Assembly: GCA_903907985.1 (NCBI GenBank)
Contig: CAIVQG010000051.1
Span: 11,271 to 75,270, forward strand
Direction: 5' to 3'
DNA length: 64,000 nt
Source: an uncultured delta proteobacterium
GTDB taxonomy: Bacteria; Desulfobacterota; Syntrophia; Syntrophales; Smithellaceae
In this document: piece after piece, positions 46,878 through 58,711 of the stretch
How positions within the stretch are numbered: the stretch's first letter is position 1
Layout: each line of letters begins with the position of its first letter
Notes under the pieces: model-generated
What the model was told of the DNA's origin: nothing
The model's database searches: none
What the model saw: the letters and a program-made list of their open reading frames with translations, nothing else
Made by a program: the position numbers and the translations under genes

Positions 46878-48197
46878 ATGGAAAAGCCTCTGTCTGTTCA
46901 ATCTTTTTACGATAAAACAGATAAAATTGCCATTGTCGGCCTCGGATATGTAGGTTTGCCCCTGGCGGCACATTTATCCCGCCATTTTTCTGTTGTCGGT
47001 TACGACAATAATGAAGCCAACATCGCCGGCTTGCAGAAAGGCCATGACCGGACAATGGAGCTCAGTGATGACGAACTGAAAAATGCTAATATTTGTTTTA
47101 CAGCGAATCCGGCCGATCTTGCCTCCTGCCGTCTGTTCATCGTGGCTGTACCTACTCCCGTTGACCATTTTCATGTTCCCGATTTAACCGCGCTGGAAAA
47201 TGTTTCCGCTATTATCGGACATAATTTATCCGCCGGCTCGTGTGTCGTTTATGAATCCACGGTTTATCCGGGCGTAACAGAAGATATCTGCATCCCCATT
47301 CTGGAGCGGGAAGCAAACCTTAAATTTGGGCGTGATTTCTCCGTCGGTTATTCGCCGGAGCGGATCAATCCCGGCGATAAAATACACACCCTCGATAAAA
47401 CCGTGAAAATTATTTCCGCTTCGGATAAGAATACGCTTGATTTTCTCGAAGATGTGTATGGATCTGTAGTTAAAGCCGGTCTGCATCGGGTGTCATCGAT
47501 AAAAGTAGCCGAAGCAGCTAAAGTCATCGAAAATACCCAGCGTGACATTAACATTGCCCTGATGAATGAACTCGCCATCATTTTTAATAAAATTGGCATT
47601 GATACTATTGAAGTTCTGGAAGCGGCGGGGACAAAATGGAATTTTCTGTCTTTCCGCCCCGGTCTTGTGGGAGGCCACTGCATTGGCGTTGACCCTTACT
47701 ATCTGACCTATAAAGCAGAAAGCATTGGCTACCGTCCGGAAGTTATTTTATCCGGTAGGCGCATTAATGATAATATGGGCAAATATATAGCCGAACGGAC
47801 GATCAAGCTGCTGATTGCCGCCGACAAACAAATACGCAATACCCGCGTTGCTATTCTTGGCTTTTCTTTTAAGGAAAATGTCCCTGATTTGCGCAACACC
47901 CGCGTTATCGATATTATCACCGAATTGAAAGAATATGGTGTGGAAGTTTTAGTACACGATCCCCTGGCACTACCGGAAGAGGCTCGCCTGCATCACGGCG
48001 TGGAACTGGTTGACCTGAAGGATATTGCTGACGTTGATGCTGTCGTTTTAGCCGTAGCTCATCGCGCTTATCAGGATATGGGGCTGGACAGTGTTGCTGC
48101 TCTTTGCCGCAAAGGTTGTCCTATTCTCATTGATATAAAGGCGGTTTTTGAACCGAGTCACGCGCGTTCGCTGGGTATTGCTTATTGGCGTTTATAA
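46878..48197 (+). CDS. nucleotide-sugar 6-dehydrogenase (UDP-N-acetyl-hexosamine dehydrogenase-like, TviB/WbpO/WecC group)
   Basis: 439-aa ORF with the NAD motif [11 protein letters not shown] and the catalytic Cys GGHCIGVDP. The substrate cannot be resolved from the sequence. Confidence 0.85.
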   Translation: MEKPLSVQSFYDKTDKIAIVGLGYVGLPLAAHLSRHFSVVGYDNNEANIAGLQKGHDRTMELSDDELKNANICFTANPADLASCRLFIVAVPTPVDHFHVPDLTALENVSAIIGHNLSAGSCVVYESTVYPGVTEDICIPILEREANLKFGRDFSVGYSPERINPGDKIHTLDKTVKIISASDKNTLDFLEDVYGSVVKAGLHRVSSIKVAEAAKVIENTQRDINIALMNELAIIFNKIGIDTIEVLEAAGTKWNFLSFRPGLVGGHCIGVDPYYLTYKAESIGYRPEVILSGRRINDNMGKYIAERTIKLLIAADKQIRNTRVAILGFSFKENVPDLRNTRVIDIITELKEYGVEVLVHDPLALPEEARLHHGVELVDLKDIADVDAVVLAVAHRAYQDMGLDSVAALCRKGCPILIDIKAVFEPSHARSLGIAYWRL

Positions 48198-48231
48198 ATA
48201 CTTACACAGGAAAAATAATGGAGGATATTTC

Positions 48232-50222
<1,991 letters not shown>

Positions 50223-50293
50223 TGATAAATGAACGACGGTCAGTGTTTTTGTTTGACATTGATCTCGTATAATGTTAAGGAGCGCTCCACAAA

Positions 50294-50578
50294 ATGAATA
50301 ATGATATTCGAAATTCTGCCTTGCAAATGGCCTACGCCAGCAGCATCGGCATAGCAATGGTTCTGGCGATTTTCGGATGTCTTTTGCTGGGAGTTTATTT
50401 AGACCGGAAATTTGATTCAGGAAACGTTTTCACCTTACTACTTCTGGTAATCGGAATTGGTGCTGGATTTCGCAACCTGTATGTTTTGATTAAGAGAAAC
50501 TTCCCGGATGAAGAACCTATTATAAAGAGTTTAAAAAGTGAACCACATCGAAAAAGACCTTATCCAGAAAAGAATTGA
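50294..50578 (+). CDS. AtpZ/AtpI-family small membrane protein
   Basis: 94-aa ORF with two TM helices. It is the first gene before atpI-atpB. Confidence 0.6.
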   Translation: MNNDIRNSALQMAYASSIGIAMVLAIFGCLLLGVYLDRKFDSGNVFTLLLLVIGIGAGFRNLYVLIKRNFPDEEPIIKSLKSEPHRKRPYPEKN

Positions 50579-50942
50579 AATAGCCAACTGGGTTTTTTTG
50601 GCTGTTCTTTTCATTCCATCTCTGATTTTTGCTCCCTTAAAATTTGCCCTGGGTGTACTGTTCGGTGGCTTTATCTGCATCATCAATTTTCACTGGCTGG
50701 GCCGCAGTTTAAAGGGTGCTTTTCAAAATATGGGCGAAAGCGGCAACATAAGGACGCCGGTTATGCTGCGTTACTATATCCGCTTGGCTGTTACAGCCAT
50801 AATCCTGTATTTATTAATTGCCGGGGACGCAGTTGACGTCATCGGCTTAATTGTCGGACTTTCCGTAGTGGTGGTCAACATTATTGCTACCTTGATCGCT
50901 ACTGCTATTTTAAAAAAAAACACTCTTGAGGAGGTTAGTTAA
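50538..50942 (+). CDS. atpI: ATP synthase protein I
   Basis: 134-aa ORF with four hydrophobic segments, located immediately upstream of atpB. The start is non-ATG (GTG) in the track. Confidence 0.55.
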   Translation: MNHIEKDLIQKRIEIANWVFLAVLFIPSLIFAPLKFALGVLFGGFICIINFHWLGRSLKGAFQNMGESGNIRTPVMLRYYIRLAVTAIILYLLIAGDAVDVIGLIVGLSVVVVNIIATLIATAILKKNTLEEVS

Positions 50943-50945
50943 AGT

Positions 50946-51599
50946 ATGCATCCCCTACTCTTTTTGGAAAATCACTACATCCCTGCCCACATAATGTACA
51001 CGTTGCTTGTGGTCATCCTTTTATCATTATTGGCTTTTCTGGCCACGCGGCGACTGGAGATTTATCCGGGGCGCCTGCAAAATGTAATGGAAACTATTGT
51101 CGATGCTATGTATGAACTGCTCAACAATACCATGGGAGAGCATGGCCGGAAATTCTTTCCGCTCATTGCCACATTGGGACTATTCATCTTAGCATCAAAT
51201 CTGATCGGTGTTATTCCGGGATTTGAATCACCGACGGCAAACATTAATACTACCGCCGCCATGGCTGTAGTCGTTTTTGTTTCGACACATGTAGTGGGCG
51301 TTATGACTCATGGCTTTAAATATTTCAAACAATTCGTAGGGCCCGTTCTGTGGCTGGCTCCTCTGATGATGCCGATTGAAATAATCAGTCACATATCACG
51401 GCCGCTTTCTCTGACTGTCCGTCTCTTCGGCAACATCATGGGCGAAGATATCGTCCTGGGCGTTGTCCTTTTGCTCGTGCCGCTACTTGTTCCTCTGCCC
51501 GTTTTCATTTTAATGATCTTTACATCAGTAATTCAGACCTTGGTTTTTATGCTGCTGGCAATGATGTACATAGCGGGAGCACTGGAAGAAGCCCATTAA
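50946..51599 (+). CDS. atpB: F0F1 ATP synthase subunit a
   Basis: 217-aa ORF with the essential-Arg motif [15 protein letters not shown] and typical a-subunit helices. Confidence 0.9.
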   Translation: MHPLLFLENHYIPAHIMYTLLVVILLSLLAFLATRRLEIYPGRLQNVMETIVDAMYELLNNTMGEHGRKFFPLIATLGLFILASNLIGVIPGFESPTANINTTAAMAVVVFVSTHVVGVMTHGFKYFKQFVGPVLWLAPLMMPIEIISHISRPLSLTVRLFGNIMGEDIVLGVVLLLVPLLVPLPVFILMIFTSVIQTLVFMLLAMMYIAGALEEAH

Positions 51600-51610
51600 T
51601 ATTATTTTTT

Positions 51611-51659
51611 AAATGCTCAGGGGGATGGAAAATAAAATAATGCCACCCCCTGAGCATTT
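51611..51659 (+). terminator. long stem-loop after atpB
   Basis: AAATGCTCAGGGGG (51611-51624) pairs with CCCCCTGAGCATTT (51646-51659). A T-rich tract follows a few nt later. Confidence 0.6.
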
Positions 51660-51846
51660 GCAATTCCTTTTTTATCAATTACTTATTATCAACTCGCTCA
51701 CAGCAATCAGCCTGCTTGCGGCCATCTTTTATAACAACAATCTTCAAATAACAGCATCTGCCACTTGACGCAGACGTTCGATCGTAATACTAAAAGACGT
51801 TTTTGTTATTATTTCCATTTCATTTTTACTTTTTGGAGGATTTTTC

Positions 51847-54800
51847 ATGCACAGCCTGGGAATTAATATCGGCTCCTCAAATGTTAAAGTGACCATGTTG
51901 GAAGGATACAGCATTCTCTGGAGCAAAGTTGAACCGCACGAAGGAAATTTTCTTGATACTCTTTCCGAAATTTTATCAGCGCAAAAGATTCCCATCGGGA
52001 TTAAAACGCTAGCCACCGGGACCGAGGGAAGACATCTTTTAAACATCAACAGTGTGATCGAACCACTTTGCGTCGAAGCAGCGCTCAAGCATTTAAACTA
52101 CGAAGCAGATGCAGTCGTTTCGCTGGGCGGTGAGGATCTGGTTGTTTACACTATCGACAATAAAACCAAAAAAATTATTACCAGTTTTTCCGGAAATAAA
52201 TGCGCTTCGGGCACCGGTGAATTCTTCAAACAACAGTTGGGCAGAATGAATATGGGGCTGGCTGACATTACTGATATTCCCGCTAACAGCTGCGTATTAA
52301 AGCTTTCCTCCCGCTGTTCTGTTTTTATGAAAAGTGATTGCACTCACCGTTTGAATAAAGGTGAAGCCAATAAGGGTGATATTGTCCTGTCGCTCTCCGA
52401 TGTAATGGCCACAAAAGTTATTGATTTCCTGAAAAGAGCCAGAATAACCAAAGGCAAAGTCCTGCTGGTCGGCGGCGTTACCCGGAATCAATACATCCTT
52501 CGTTTTATCCGGGAGAGGATGCCGCAAATCGAGTTCATTGTGCCCGAGCCGGCAGCATACTTTGAAGCCTATGGAGCGGCTCTTTTGGCAAAAGATTCCG
52601 GCAGCACCTTGCCCTCCTTAAACAAATTATTTAAACCCGGGAAAGTACAATTTCAACGTTTTAAAAACTTAAATACTGCGGCAGACAGGGTAACCTATCT
52701 TTCTTCTGCGAGCGGGAAAGTTGTCGCCGACCGCGAGTACATTCTTGGTGTTGACGGTGGATCGACTACAACCAAAGCCTGTTTAATTGATATGGAAACC
52801 AGCAAAGTCACTGCATCCTTCTATGGCCGAACACATGGCGATCCGGTAAAGTCCCTTAAAAATTGCCTTGTCGAAATGAAAAAACAAATTAAAGAAGATA
52901 TTGGCGATGGCCAGATCAGGATAACTCTGACTGCGACAACCGGATCTTCCCGCGAAATTCTCGGCGTTTTTCTGGAAACACCGGCTGTCTATAACGAAAT
53001 AATAGCTCATGCCGTCGGCACTACTTTCTATCGGGAAGATATTGATACAATCTTTGAAATCGGCGGACAGGACGCTAAATATGTTTTTCTCAGAAACAAG
53101 GTACCAATTGATTATGCCATGAATGAAGCCTGCTCAGCCGGCACCGGTTCCTTTCTTGAAGAATCGGCACAGGGCGATTTGAATATTACCCACGCCTCGG
53201 AAATCGGCGATATCGCCATCGGGGCCAATGAACCGCTGAAGTTCGGTGAACACTGCTCCGCCTTCATTAACTCTGACATCCGCAATGCCATTTTGCAGGG
53301 CGCATCCCGTGAAGACATCACCGCCGGGATTGTCACCTCGATTGTTTCCAATTATCTCAATCGAGTTGTCGGCAATCGAACGATCGGCAAGAACATAGTT
53401 CTGCAAGGTGGCGTAGCCAAAAACAAAGCCATCCCTCTGGCTTTCGCCATGCTGTTAAATAAAGACATCCTCGTTCCGCCTGATCCCGAAATGATGGGTT
53501 GCTTCGGCGTAGGCATTCTTACCCGACAGAAATTAAATGATGGTTTATTAGCCCACGCTTCCTATGATATCGATAAGATTCTAGCCACGGAAATAATTTA
53601 CGAAAAAGAATTCCAGTGTAAGGCCTGTGACAACTACTGCCCGATTCGCGTTCTGAATGTCAATAACCATAAATATATGTTCGGCGGCCGCTGTAACAAG
53701 TACGCTAATATACGCAAGAAAAATATTGTCAGCGAGGCGGAAGTTTTTGACTATATCGAAGAACGCAACAAACTTCTTTTTCAGGAATGCGCACCCAATC
53801 CCGATGATCTTGTCCGGAAAAAAGACTTCGTGGTCGGCGTACCTCTGTGCTTTTCCATTTATACTCTCTGGCCTTTGTATTCCTGGTTTTTCCACTCGTT
53901 AGGCGTGGAGGCTGTTCTTTCGAATAACATATCCCATGAAGGGACAGCGCGGGTGGAAAGCAGCTATTGTTTCCCGGCGGAAATTGCCCACGGGGCTGTT
54001 CAGGATATTTTCGACCGCAATCTGGATTACATCTTCCTGCCCCATTTTAAGGATATGGAAAGTTATGAAAAGGATGCCCCGGCCAACCTCTGTCCTATTA
54101 CGCAGGGCCTTCCCTACTATATCATAAAGGCCTTTCCGGAAATTCCCGCAGACAAATATTTATTGCCTGTCATCAGTTTCATGTATGGCCTGGAGAAGGC
54201 AGCTGAATCTTTTATCGAGATGGGAGCAAAGCTTGGCTTCACCGAAAGAGAATCCCGGAGTGCTTTTGAATTGGCCAATAAAAAGCAGCTCGAATATTTC
54301 AGCAGGGCGCAAGAACTGGGGAAAACAGCGCTGGCCGAGGCCAGGCTCGCCTCGCGTCCGGTAATTGCGCTTTTAGGCAGGCCATATAATGCTTTTACAG
54401 CCGATGCCAATATGGGTGTACCACGAAAATTCTCCACGCGGGGTTATTCGGTAATTCCCTTTGACATTCTGCCTTTTGCAGATCAGTCCATCTACCCGAA
54501 CATGTACTGGTATTACGGTCAACAGGATATGAAAGCCGCCACGCTCCTCAAGGATGAGGATAATATCTATGTTACCTATATCTCGAATTTTTCCTGTGCG
54601 CCGGATTCTTTCATGCTGCATTATCTGAAATGGATTATGGGCACCAAGCCTTTCCTGATTCTGGAAATGGATTCGCACACAGCCGACGCGGGAGTGGATA
54701 CGCGCATTGAGGCCTTTCTGGATATTATTGAAGGATACAGATCAAAGATCATCAGCCTTCGCGAGGAAAGATACGACAACGGTTTACGCTTCATTAACAA

Positions 54801-56160
54801 TCCGGGCGAAGAGATTCACATTAAAAACGATATCACCGGTGAAAAGATATCCATCAAAAACAACCCGCAGGTTAAGCTGCTGCTCTCCAACATGGGCCGG
54901 CTTTCGGCGGAGCTGATCGGAGCGTCGATCCGCGGGCTGGGCATCAACGCCGAAGCAATGCCCGTACCGGATATCCATACACTGCAACTGGCGCGAAACC
55001 ACGCTTCCGGCAAAGAATGCTTACCATCGCACCTCGTTTTAGGCAGCGCATTGAAGTATTTTTCATCGGGAAAATACCGGAAAGATGAAATATATATTTT
55101 ATTTGTCCCTACAACCACCGGCCCCTGCCGGACAGGCCAGTATTTTGTCTTCTATGAAAATCTTTTCAAGGATTTGCGCCTGGAGAATGTAGTCGTCTTC
55201 ACACTGGATTCGGATAATTCTTACAATGAATTGGGTGCGGAATTTTCCAAACATGCCTGGTGGTCTATCATTATCGGCGATCACATGAAAGACGTGGAAA
55301 CCACACTGAGAACCTGCGCGGCTGATCCGGTGCAGGCGATGGTAACATACGACAAACTCTGGCGCAGAATGATCAGCGTTGCTGAAAAGAATGTGACGCA
55401 GGTGCTACCGGTTTTAAAAGAAATTTCCGCTGATATTGCCCTGATTCCCCTCAAGAAAAAAATGGAGGATTGTTCAAAAGTACTTATAGTCGGCGAAATA
55501 TATGTGCGGCGGGACGATTTTGCCGTGGATGAACTGATAGCCCACTTCAGCCGGCGCGGAATCATCGGCAAAGTATCGAATGTCGCCGAGTGGGTTTACT
55601 ATTGTGATTTTGTCCGGAAATATGAACTGCAAAAGAAATTAAAATTAATCCCCTGGTACCGAAGGGCTTTCACCCGCGAGTTTACGGACCTGATTAATTG
55701 GAAAATCGAACATGCCTACAAACACAACGTGGTAAAAAAGGTCGGTGAAACCCTTGGTACCACTAACCTGATTCCGAAAACGCCGCATAACATGACCGAA
55801 ATCATGAAAAATACCGAACAGCATTTTGTGAGCCCTGAGCTTTATTCGGAAATAAGCATATCCAGCGGTGTAGCGGCAACGGCAATGATGGATGGATATT
55901 CCGGCATTGTCAATATTTCTCCTTTTGCCTGCCTGATCGGCCGCGTAATTGAAGGATTATTTACTCCGTGGGCGCGGGAACGGAAATATCCGATGATTTC
56001 CATTGAAATCGACGGCAATCTCCTGCCGCCAAATGTTATCAATAAGCTGGAAATTTTCATGCTCAATGTTCTGCGTTTCCGTGGTAATCTTGATGCCAAT
56101 ACCATGATTGAGAGCGAAGGAGTGGAGCCTGTTACGATAGACAGAAAAATAATTCACTGA
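51847..56160 (+). CDS. fused double BcrAD/BadFG (HgdC-type) activase ATPase + DUF2229/2-hydroxyacyl-CoA-dehydratase-like protein (BCR/HAD family)
   Basis: 1437-aa ORF. ATPase module 1 starts at LGINIGSSNVKV (51847-~52610). Module 2 starts at ILGVDGGSTTTKA (~52741-53530) and contains FEIGGQDAKY, NEACSAGTGSFLEE and LQGGVAKN. A Cys-rich linker CKACDNYCP...GGRCNKY lies at ~53617-53700. The C-terminal ~800 aa contain VGVPLCFSIYTLWPLYSWFF and IALLGRPYNAF, typical of activase-related dehydratase-like domains. Confidence 0.8.
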   Translation: MHSLGINIGSSNVKVTMLEGYSILWSKVEPHEGNFLDTLSEILSAQKIPIGIKTLATGTEGRHLLNINSVIEPLCVEAALKHLNYEADAVVSLGGEDLVVYTIDNKTKKIITSFSGNKCASGTGEFFKQQLGRMNMGLADITDIPANSCVLKLSSRCSVFMKSDCTHRLNKGEANKGDIVLSLSDVMATKVIDFLKRARITKGKVLLVGGVTRNQYILRFIRERMPQIEFIVPEPAAYFEAYGAALLAKDSGSTLPSLNKLFKPGKVQFQRFKNLNTAADRVTYLSSASGKVVADREYILGVDGGSTTTKACLIDMETSKVTASFYGRTHGDPVKSLKNCLVEMKKQIKEDIGDGQIRITLTATTGSSREILGVFLETPAVYNEIIAHAVGTTFYREDIDTIFEIGGQDAKYVFLRNKVPIDYAMNEACSAGTGSFLEESAQGDLNITHASEIGDIAIGANEPLKFGEHCSAFINSDIRNAILQGASREDITAGIVTSIVSNYLNRVVGNRTIGKNIVLQGGVAKNKAIPLAFAMLLNKDILVPPDPEMMGCFGVGILTRQKLNDGLLAHASYDIDKILATEIIYEKEFQCKACDNYCPIRVLNVNNHKYMFGGRCNKYANIRKKNIVSEAEVFDYIEERNKLLFQECAPNPDDLVRKKDFVVGVPLCFSIYTLWPLYSWFFHSLGVEAVLSNNISHEGTARVESSYCFPAEIAHGAVQDIFDRNLDYIFLPHFKDMESYEKDAPANLCPITQGLPYYIIKAFPEIPADKYLLPVISFMYGLEKAAESFIEMGAKLGFTERESRSAFELANKKQLEYFSRAQELGKTALAEARLASRPVIALLGRPYNAFTADANMGVPRKFSTRGYSVIPFDILPFADQSIYPNMYWYYGQQDMKAATLLKDEDNIYVTYISNFSCAPDSFMLHYLKWIMGTKPFLILEMDSHTADAGVDTRIEAFLDIIEGYRSKIISLREERYDNGLRFINNPGEEIHIKNDITGEKISIKNNPQVKLLLSNMGRLSAELIGASIRGLGINAEAMPVPDIHTLQLARNHASGKECLPSHLVLGSALKYFSSGKYRKDEIYILFVPTTTGPCRTGQYFVFYENLFKDLRLENVVVFTLDSDNSYNELGAEFSKHAWWSIIIGDHMKDVETTLRTCAADPVQAMVTYDKLWRRMISVAEKNVTQVLPVLKEISADIALIPLKKKMEDCSKVLIVGEIYVRRDDFAVDELIAHFSRRGIIGKVSNVAEWVYYCDFVRKYELQKKLKLIPWYRRAFTREFTDLINWKIEHAYKHNVVKKVGETLGTTNLIPKTPHNMTEIMKNTEQHFVSPELYSEISISSGVAATAMMDGYSGIVNISPFACLIGRVIEGLFTPWARERKYPMISIEIDGNLLPPNVINKLEIFMLNVLRFRGNLDANTMIESEGVEPVTIDRKIIH

Positions 56161-56226
56161 TGCCGCTGCTAAATCAAAGCGGTATCTCTAATTAAGAATT
56201 GGTATAATATCAAAAGAAGAAAGATC

Positions 56227-56940
56227 ATGATGAAAAAGTTCGCCTGCACGGCAATTATTATTTTCTCCTTGATTTCGCTGGCCGGAACCGCACTGGCCTG
56301 GCATGACAAAACTCATCTGGCCGTAGCCAAAGTGGCGAAATACCGGATGTGGTACAATGCTGCCGGTCCCGACATCGCAAAGATAAAAGCGGGAGATGTT
56401 GAGGGCTATAACCACTGGTACAATAACAATTGGAAATCCGAGGTCATACCACAAACCGTAACAAGCCAGATCAACCGCTACAACAAAGCCAATGTGTTGT
56501 TAGATATTGACGGGCACCTCTATGGTGCGATTATTGCCTCCCTGCGGGAATATGAGGCAAGTTTAGCTTCCGGCAAATATGGCGAATATCATCTTGTCTA
56601 TTGTGCTCATTATATTGGTGATCTCTCCATGCCTTTACACAACGTCCCCTATGACGATTATAATAAGAACCACCATTCTGTTAACGACGGCATCGTTGAT
56701 CAGGAAGTGCTGGAACACCCCGAAAAAATCGAGCGGCACATGTATAGGATTACTTTAAGAGATAATAGTTTTGAAAACGACCTTATCCGGGAAATTGTCC
56801 GGATAGCCAACATCTCCCGACTGCTGGGCTACAAAATGCAAGCCGAAAACAGGAACATGACACCCGAAGAAGCTTATATTCAACTCGGACACAGCGCTTC
56901 CCTCCTGAAGGCGGTTCTGCAGCATTACAAGAAATTATAG
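56227..56940 (+). CDS. secreted S1/P1 nuclease / zinc phospholipase C superfamily protein
   Basis: 237-aa ORF. The signal peptide ends ALA/W, so the mature N-terminus WHDKTHLAVAKVA matches the P1 nuclease pattern W1..H6. The zinc motif HYIGDLSMPLH has H-x3-D-x5-H spacing, followed by HSVND (H-x3-D). A TATAAT lies at 56203-56208 upstream. Confidence 0.6.
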   Translation: MMKKFACTAIIIFSLISLAGTALAWHDKTHLAVAKVAKYRMWYNAAGPDIAKIKAGDVEGYNHWYNNNWKSEVIPQTVTSQINRYNKANVLLDIDGHLYGAIIASLREYEASLASGKYGEYHLVYCAHYIGDLSMPLHNVPYDDYNKNHHSVNDGIVDQEVLEHPEKIERHMYRITLRDNSFENDLIREIVRIANISRLLGYKMQAENRNMTPEEAYIQLGHSASLLKAVLQHYKKL

Positions 56941-56977
56941 AACATCAACCGACATCGCGCCGGACGAAAAACCGGGG

Positions 56978-57595
56978 TTAGATTTTTTGCGAACAGGGAA
57001 GGCAGGCTTGCCGTCCATCACCCAGCATCACCATTTTCGCCGCCATAGTCATCTCGCCACACAGGGCGCAAGGTTCAGACCGATCCAGTTGTGCATAGAG
57101 AGGCTCCTCGAAGGGCACTTCGATGGTTGTAAATATTTCTGCAAATGGTCGCGCCAGCAGATCATCAACCTTCAGGCGCTTCAGCTTCCGCCGTTCATCT
57201 TCCGATGCTTGCCCTCCGGCAACGGCTGCCTCCAACCGGTCAAACACGTGCTTGTCTTTACCTGTGTAATCGTAGCGCGTCTTGCGGGAAAATCTATAGG
57301 CCTGACGCGCCGCGCGGTTCAACACCGTATAGGCATTCTTCCCAAAATCTTTGATGATCAGATTGCCCTTGCCCGCCACAGTGCCCAGCATTACCTGAAG
57401 GGCGTCGATGGCGCAGGAATCGTTTTCACAGATGGCCACCACTTCCTCATCAGCGGATCGCCGCAGGTCCATCAGTTTCATCGCCTCCTGGGCTACCCGG
57501 TAACCATAGATCAAACCGGGGCAGATATGACCGTGAAATTCTACACATCTTTGCAGATCATCCGGCATCTTCTTTTCACTGTCTTTGGTTGGCAT
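56978..57595 (-). CDS. FmdE/FwdE-family protein with C-terminal zinc ribbon
   Basis: It has CVEFHGHICPGLIYGYRVA (FmdE signature) and C-terminal CALCGE...CLPC. I prefer the ATG at 57595 (GGAAG RBS). Confidence 0.75.
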   Translation of the reverse strand: MPTKDSEKKMPDDLQRCVEFHGHICPGLIYGYRVAQEAMKLMDLRRSADEEVVAICENDSCAIDALQVMLGTVAGKGNLIIKDFGKNAYTVLNRAARQAYRFSRKTRYDYTGKDKHVFDRLEAAVAGGQASEDERRKLKRLKVDDLLARPFAEIFTTIEVPFEEPLYAQLDRSEPCALCGEMTMAAKMVMLGDGRQACLPCSQKI

Positions 57596-57673
57596 AAAAC
57601 TTCCTTTTAGAATCAATATCGCTAAGGCACAGGTTATTTATATCTTCCCCTTTGTTTTTCATACAAGTTATTA

Positions 57674-58039
57674 TCAGGTGATGCAGCGTGCTGAAAAAAT
57701 TATGGTTCCAATTCCGGTTAGTATGCTCAGATAAATTATAATATTTGATATTAATAAATTAAAATACTTTTCTTGCTTCACTAATATCTTATGTACTACA
57801 AAGGGGATTGATCCACCAATTCCCGTAATTATACCGATAACTGATCCTATTTGTGTTTGCTTATCTACTTCTAATAAGCCATAGAACAGTATAAGTATTA
57901 TTGGGATATGTAAAAGAAGAAAACCCGTTATCTTCCCCGGCAACTTTAATATTTCCCATTCTTTTTCATATCCAGATTCAATTTCGTGTAATAACAATAA
58001 TGTCGCATTAAGTATGTATAGTATCGTAACTGTTTTCAT
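57674..58039 (-). CDS. small integral membrane protein, unknown function
   Basis: 121-aa ORF with four hydrophobic helices and the motif LHEIESGYEKEWE. Confidence 0.5.
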   Translation of the reverse strand: MKTVTILYILNATLLLLHEIESGYEKEWEILKLPGKITGFLLLHIPIILILFYGLLEVDKQTQIGSVIGIITGIGGSIPFVVHKILVKQEKYFNLLISNIIIYLSILTGIGTIIFSARCIT

Positions 58040-58068
58040 TGGTATTTTCCTTTCAGCACACTTTTTCT

Positions 58069-58671
58069 TTAGATTGTCTTTAATACCAATTTGTCCAGAG
58101 GGAAGCGTGGCCTCGCCTTGGGCGATTGATCAGGATAACCAACAGGCAGAAGCACTACCGGGTGGATACTTTCGTCCAGTTCCAGAAACTCCTTAACCTT
58201 ATCGCGATCAAACCTTCCCAGCCAGCAGCTGCCCAGCCCCAGATCAACGGCTTTAAGAACGATGTGCTCTATCGCAATCGCCGCATTCATGGATAAATAG
58301 GCCTTGACTGCTTGGGCATCCATGATGGGACTGGTGGCTGATGGGTCACTCATATCTATATCAACGCCGTCGAAGGCACCTTCTTGCAGAAGTTCTCCTA
58401 TGCGCGTCTCCCTTGATGTGATGGCCGTCAGATCGGCACAGCAGACAAAAATAACCGCCGCCTGGACAATAAACTTATAGGGAGTAAACCGGCCTAAAGC
58501 CTCTTTGGCAGCAGATGATTGAACGACGATGAAACGCGAGGGCTGAAGATTTGATCCCGAAGGGGCCAGCCGCGCGGCATCGAGAAGCAGGCGGACAGTA
58601 TCAGCCGAAATATCTCCCGGCGTGAATTTACGAATACTTCTGCGAGTCGCAATAACATCGGATAATTCCAT
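58069..58671 (-). CDS. nitroreductase-family FMN oxidoreductase
   Basis: It begins MELSDVIATRRSIRKFT and contains PSGSNLQP. I prefer the ATG at 58671. The track extension overlaps the upstream gene. Confidence 0.8.
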   Translation of the reverse strand: MELSDVIATRRSIRKFTPGDISADTVRLLLDAARLAPSGSNLQPSRFIVVQSSAAKEALGRFTPYKFIVQAAVIFVCCADLTAITSRETRIGELLQEGAFDGVDIDMSDPSATSPIMDAQAVKAYLSMNAAIAIEHIVLKAVDLGLGSCWLGRFDRDKVKEFLELDESIHPVVLLPVGYPDQSPKARPRFPLDKLVLKTI

Positions 58672-58711
58672 ATTAATGCCTCCCTGAATATTTCCGTTCC
58701 CGGTCATGGGA

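Noticed and set aside
56987-57610. 207-aa plus-strand ORF.
   Set aside because: It is a full-length antisense shadow of the FmdE-like gene, and that gene carries the diagnostic HGHICPG motif.
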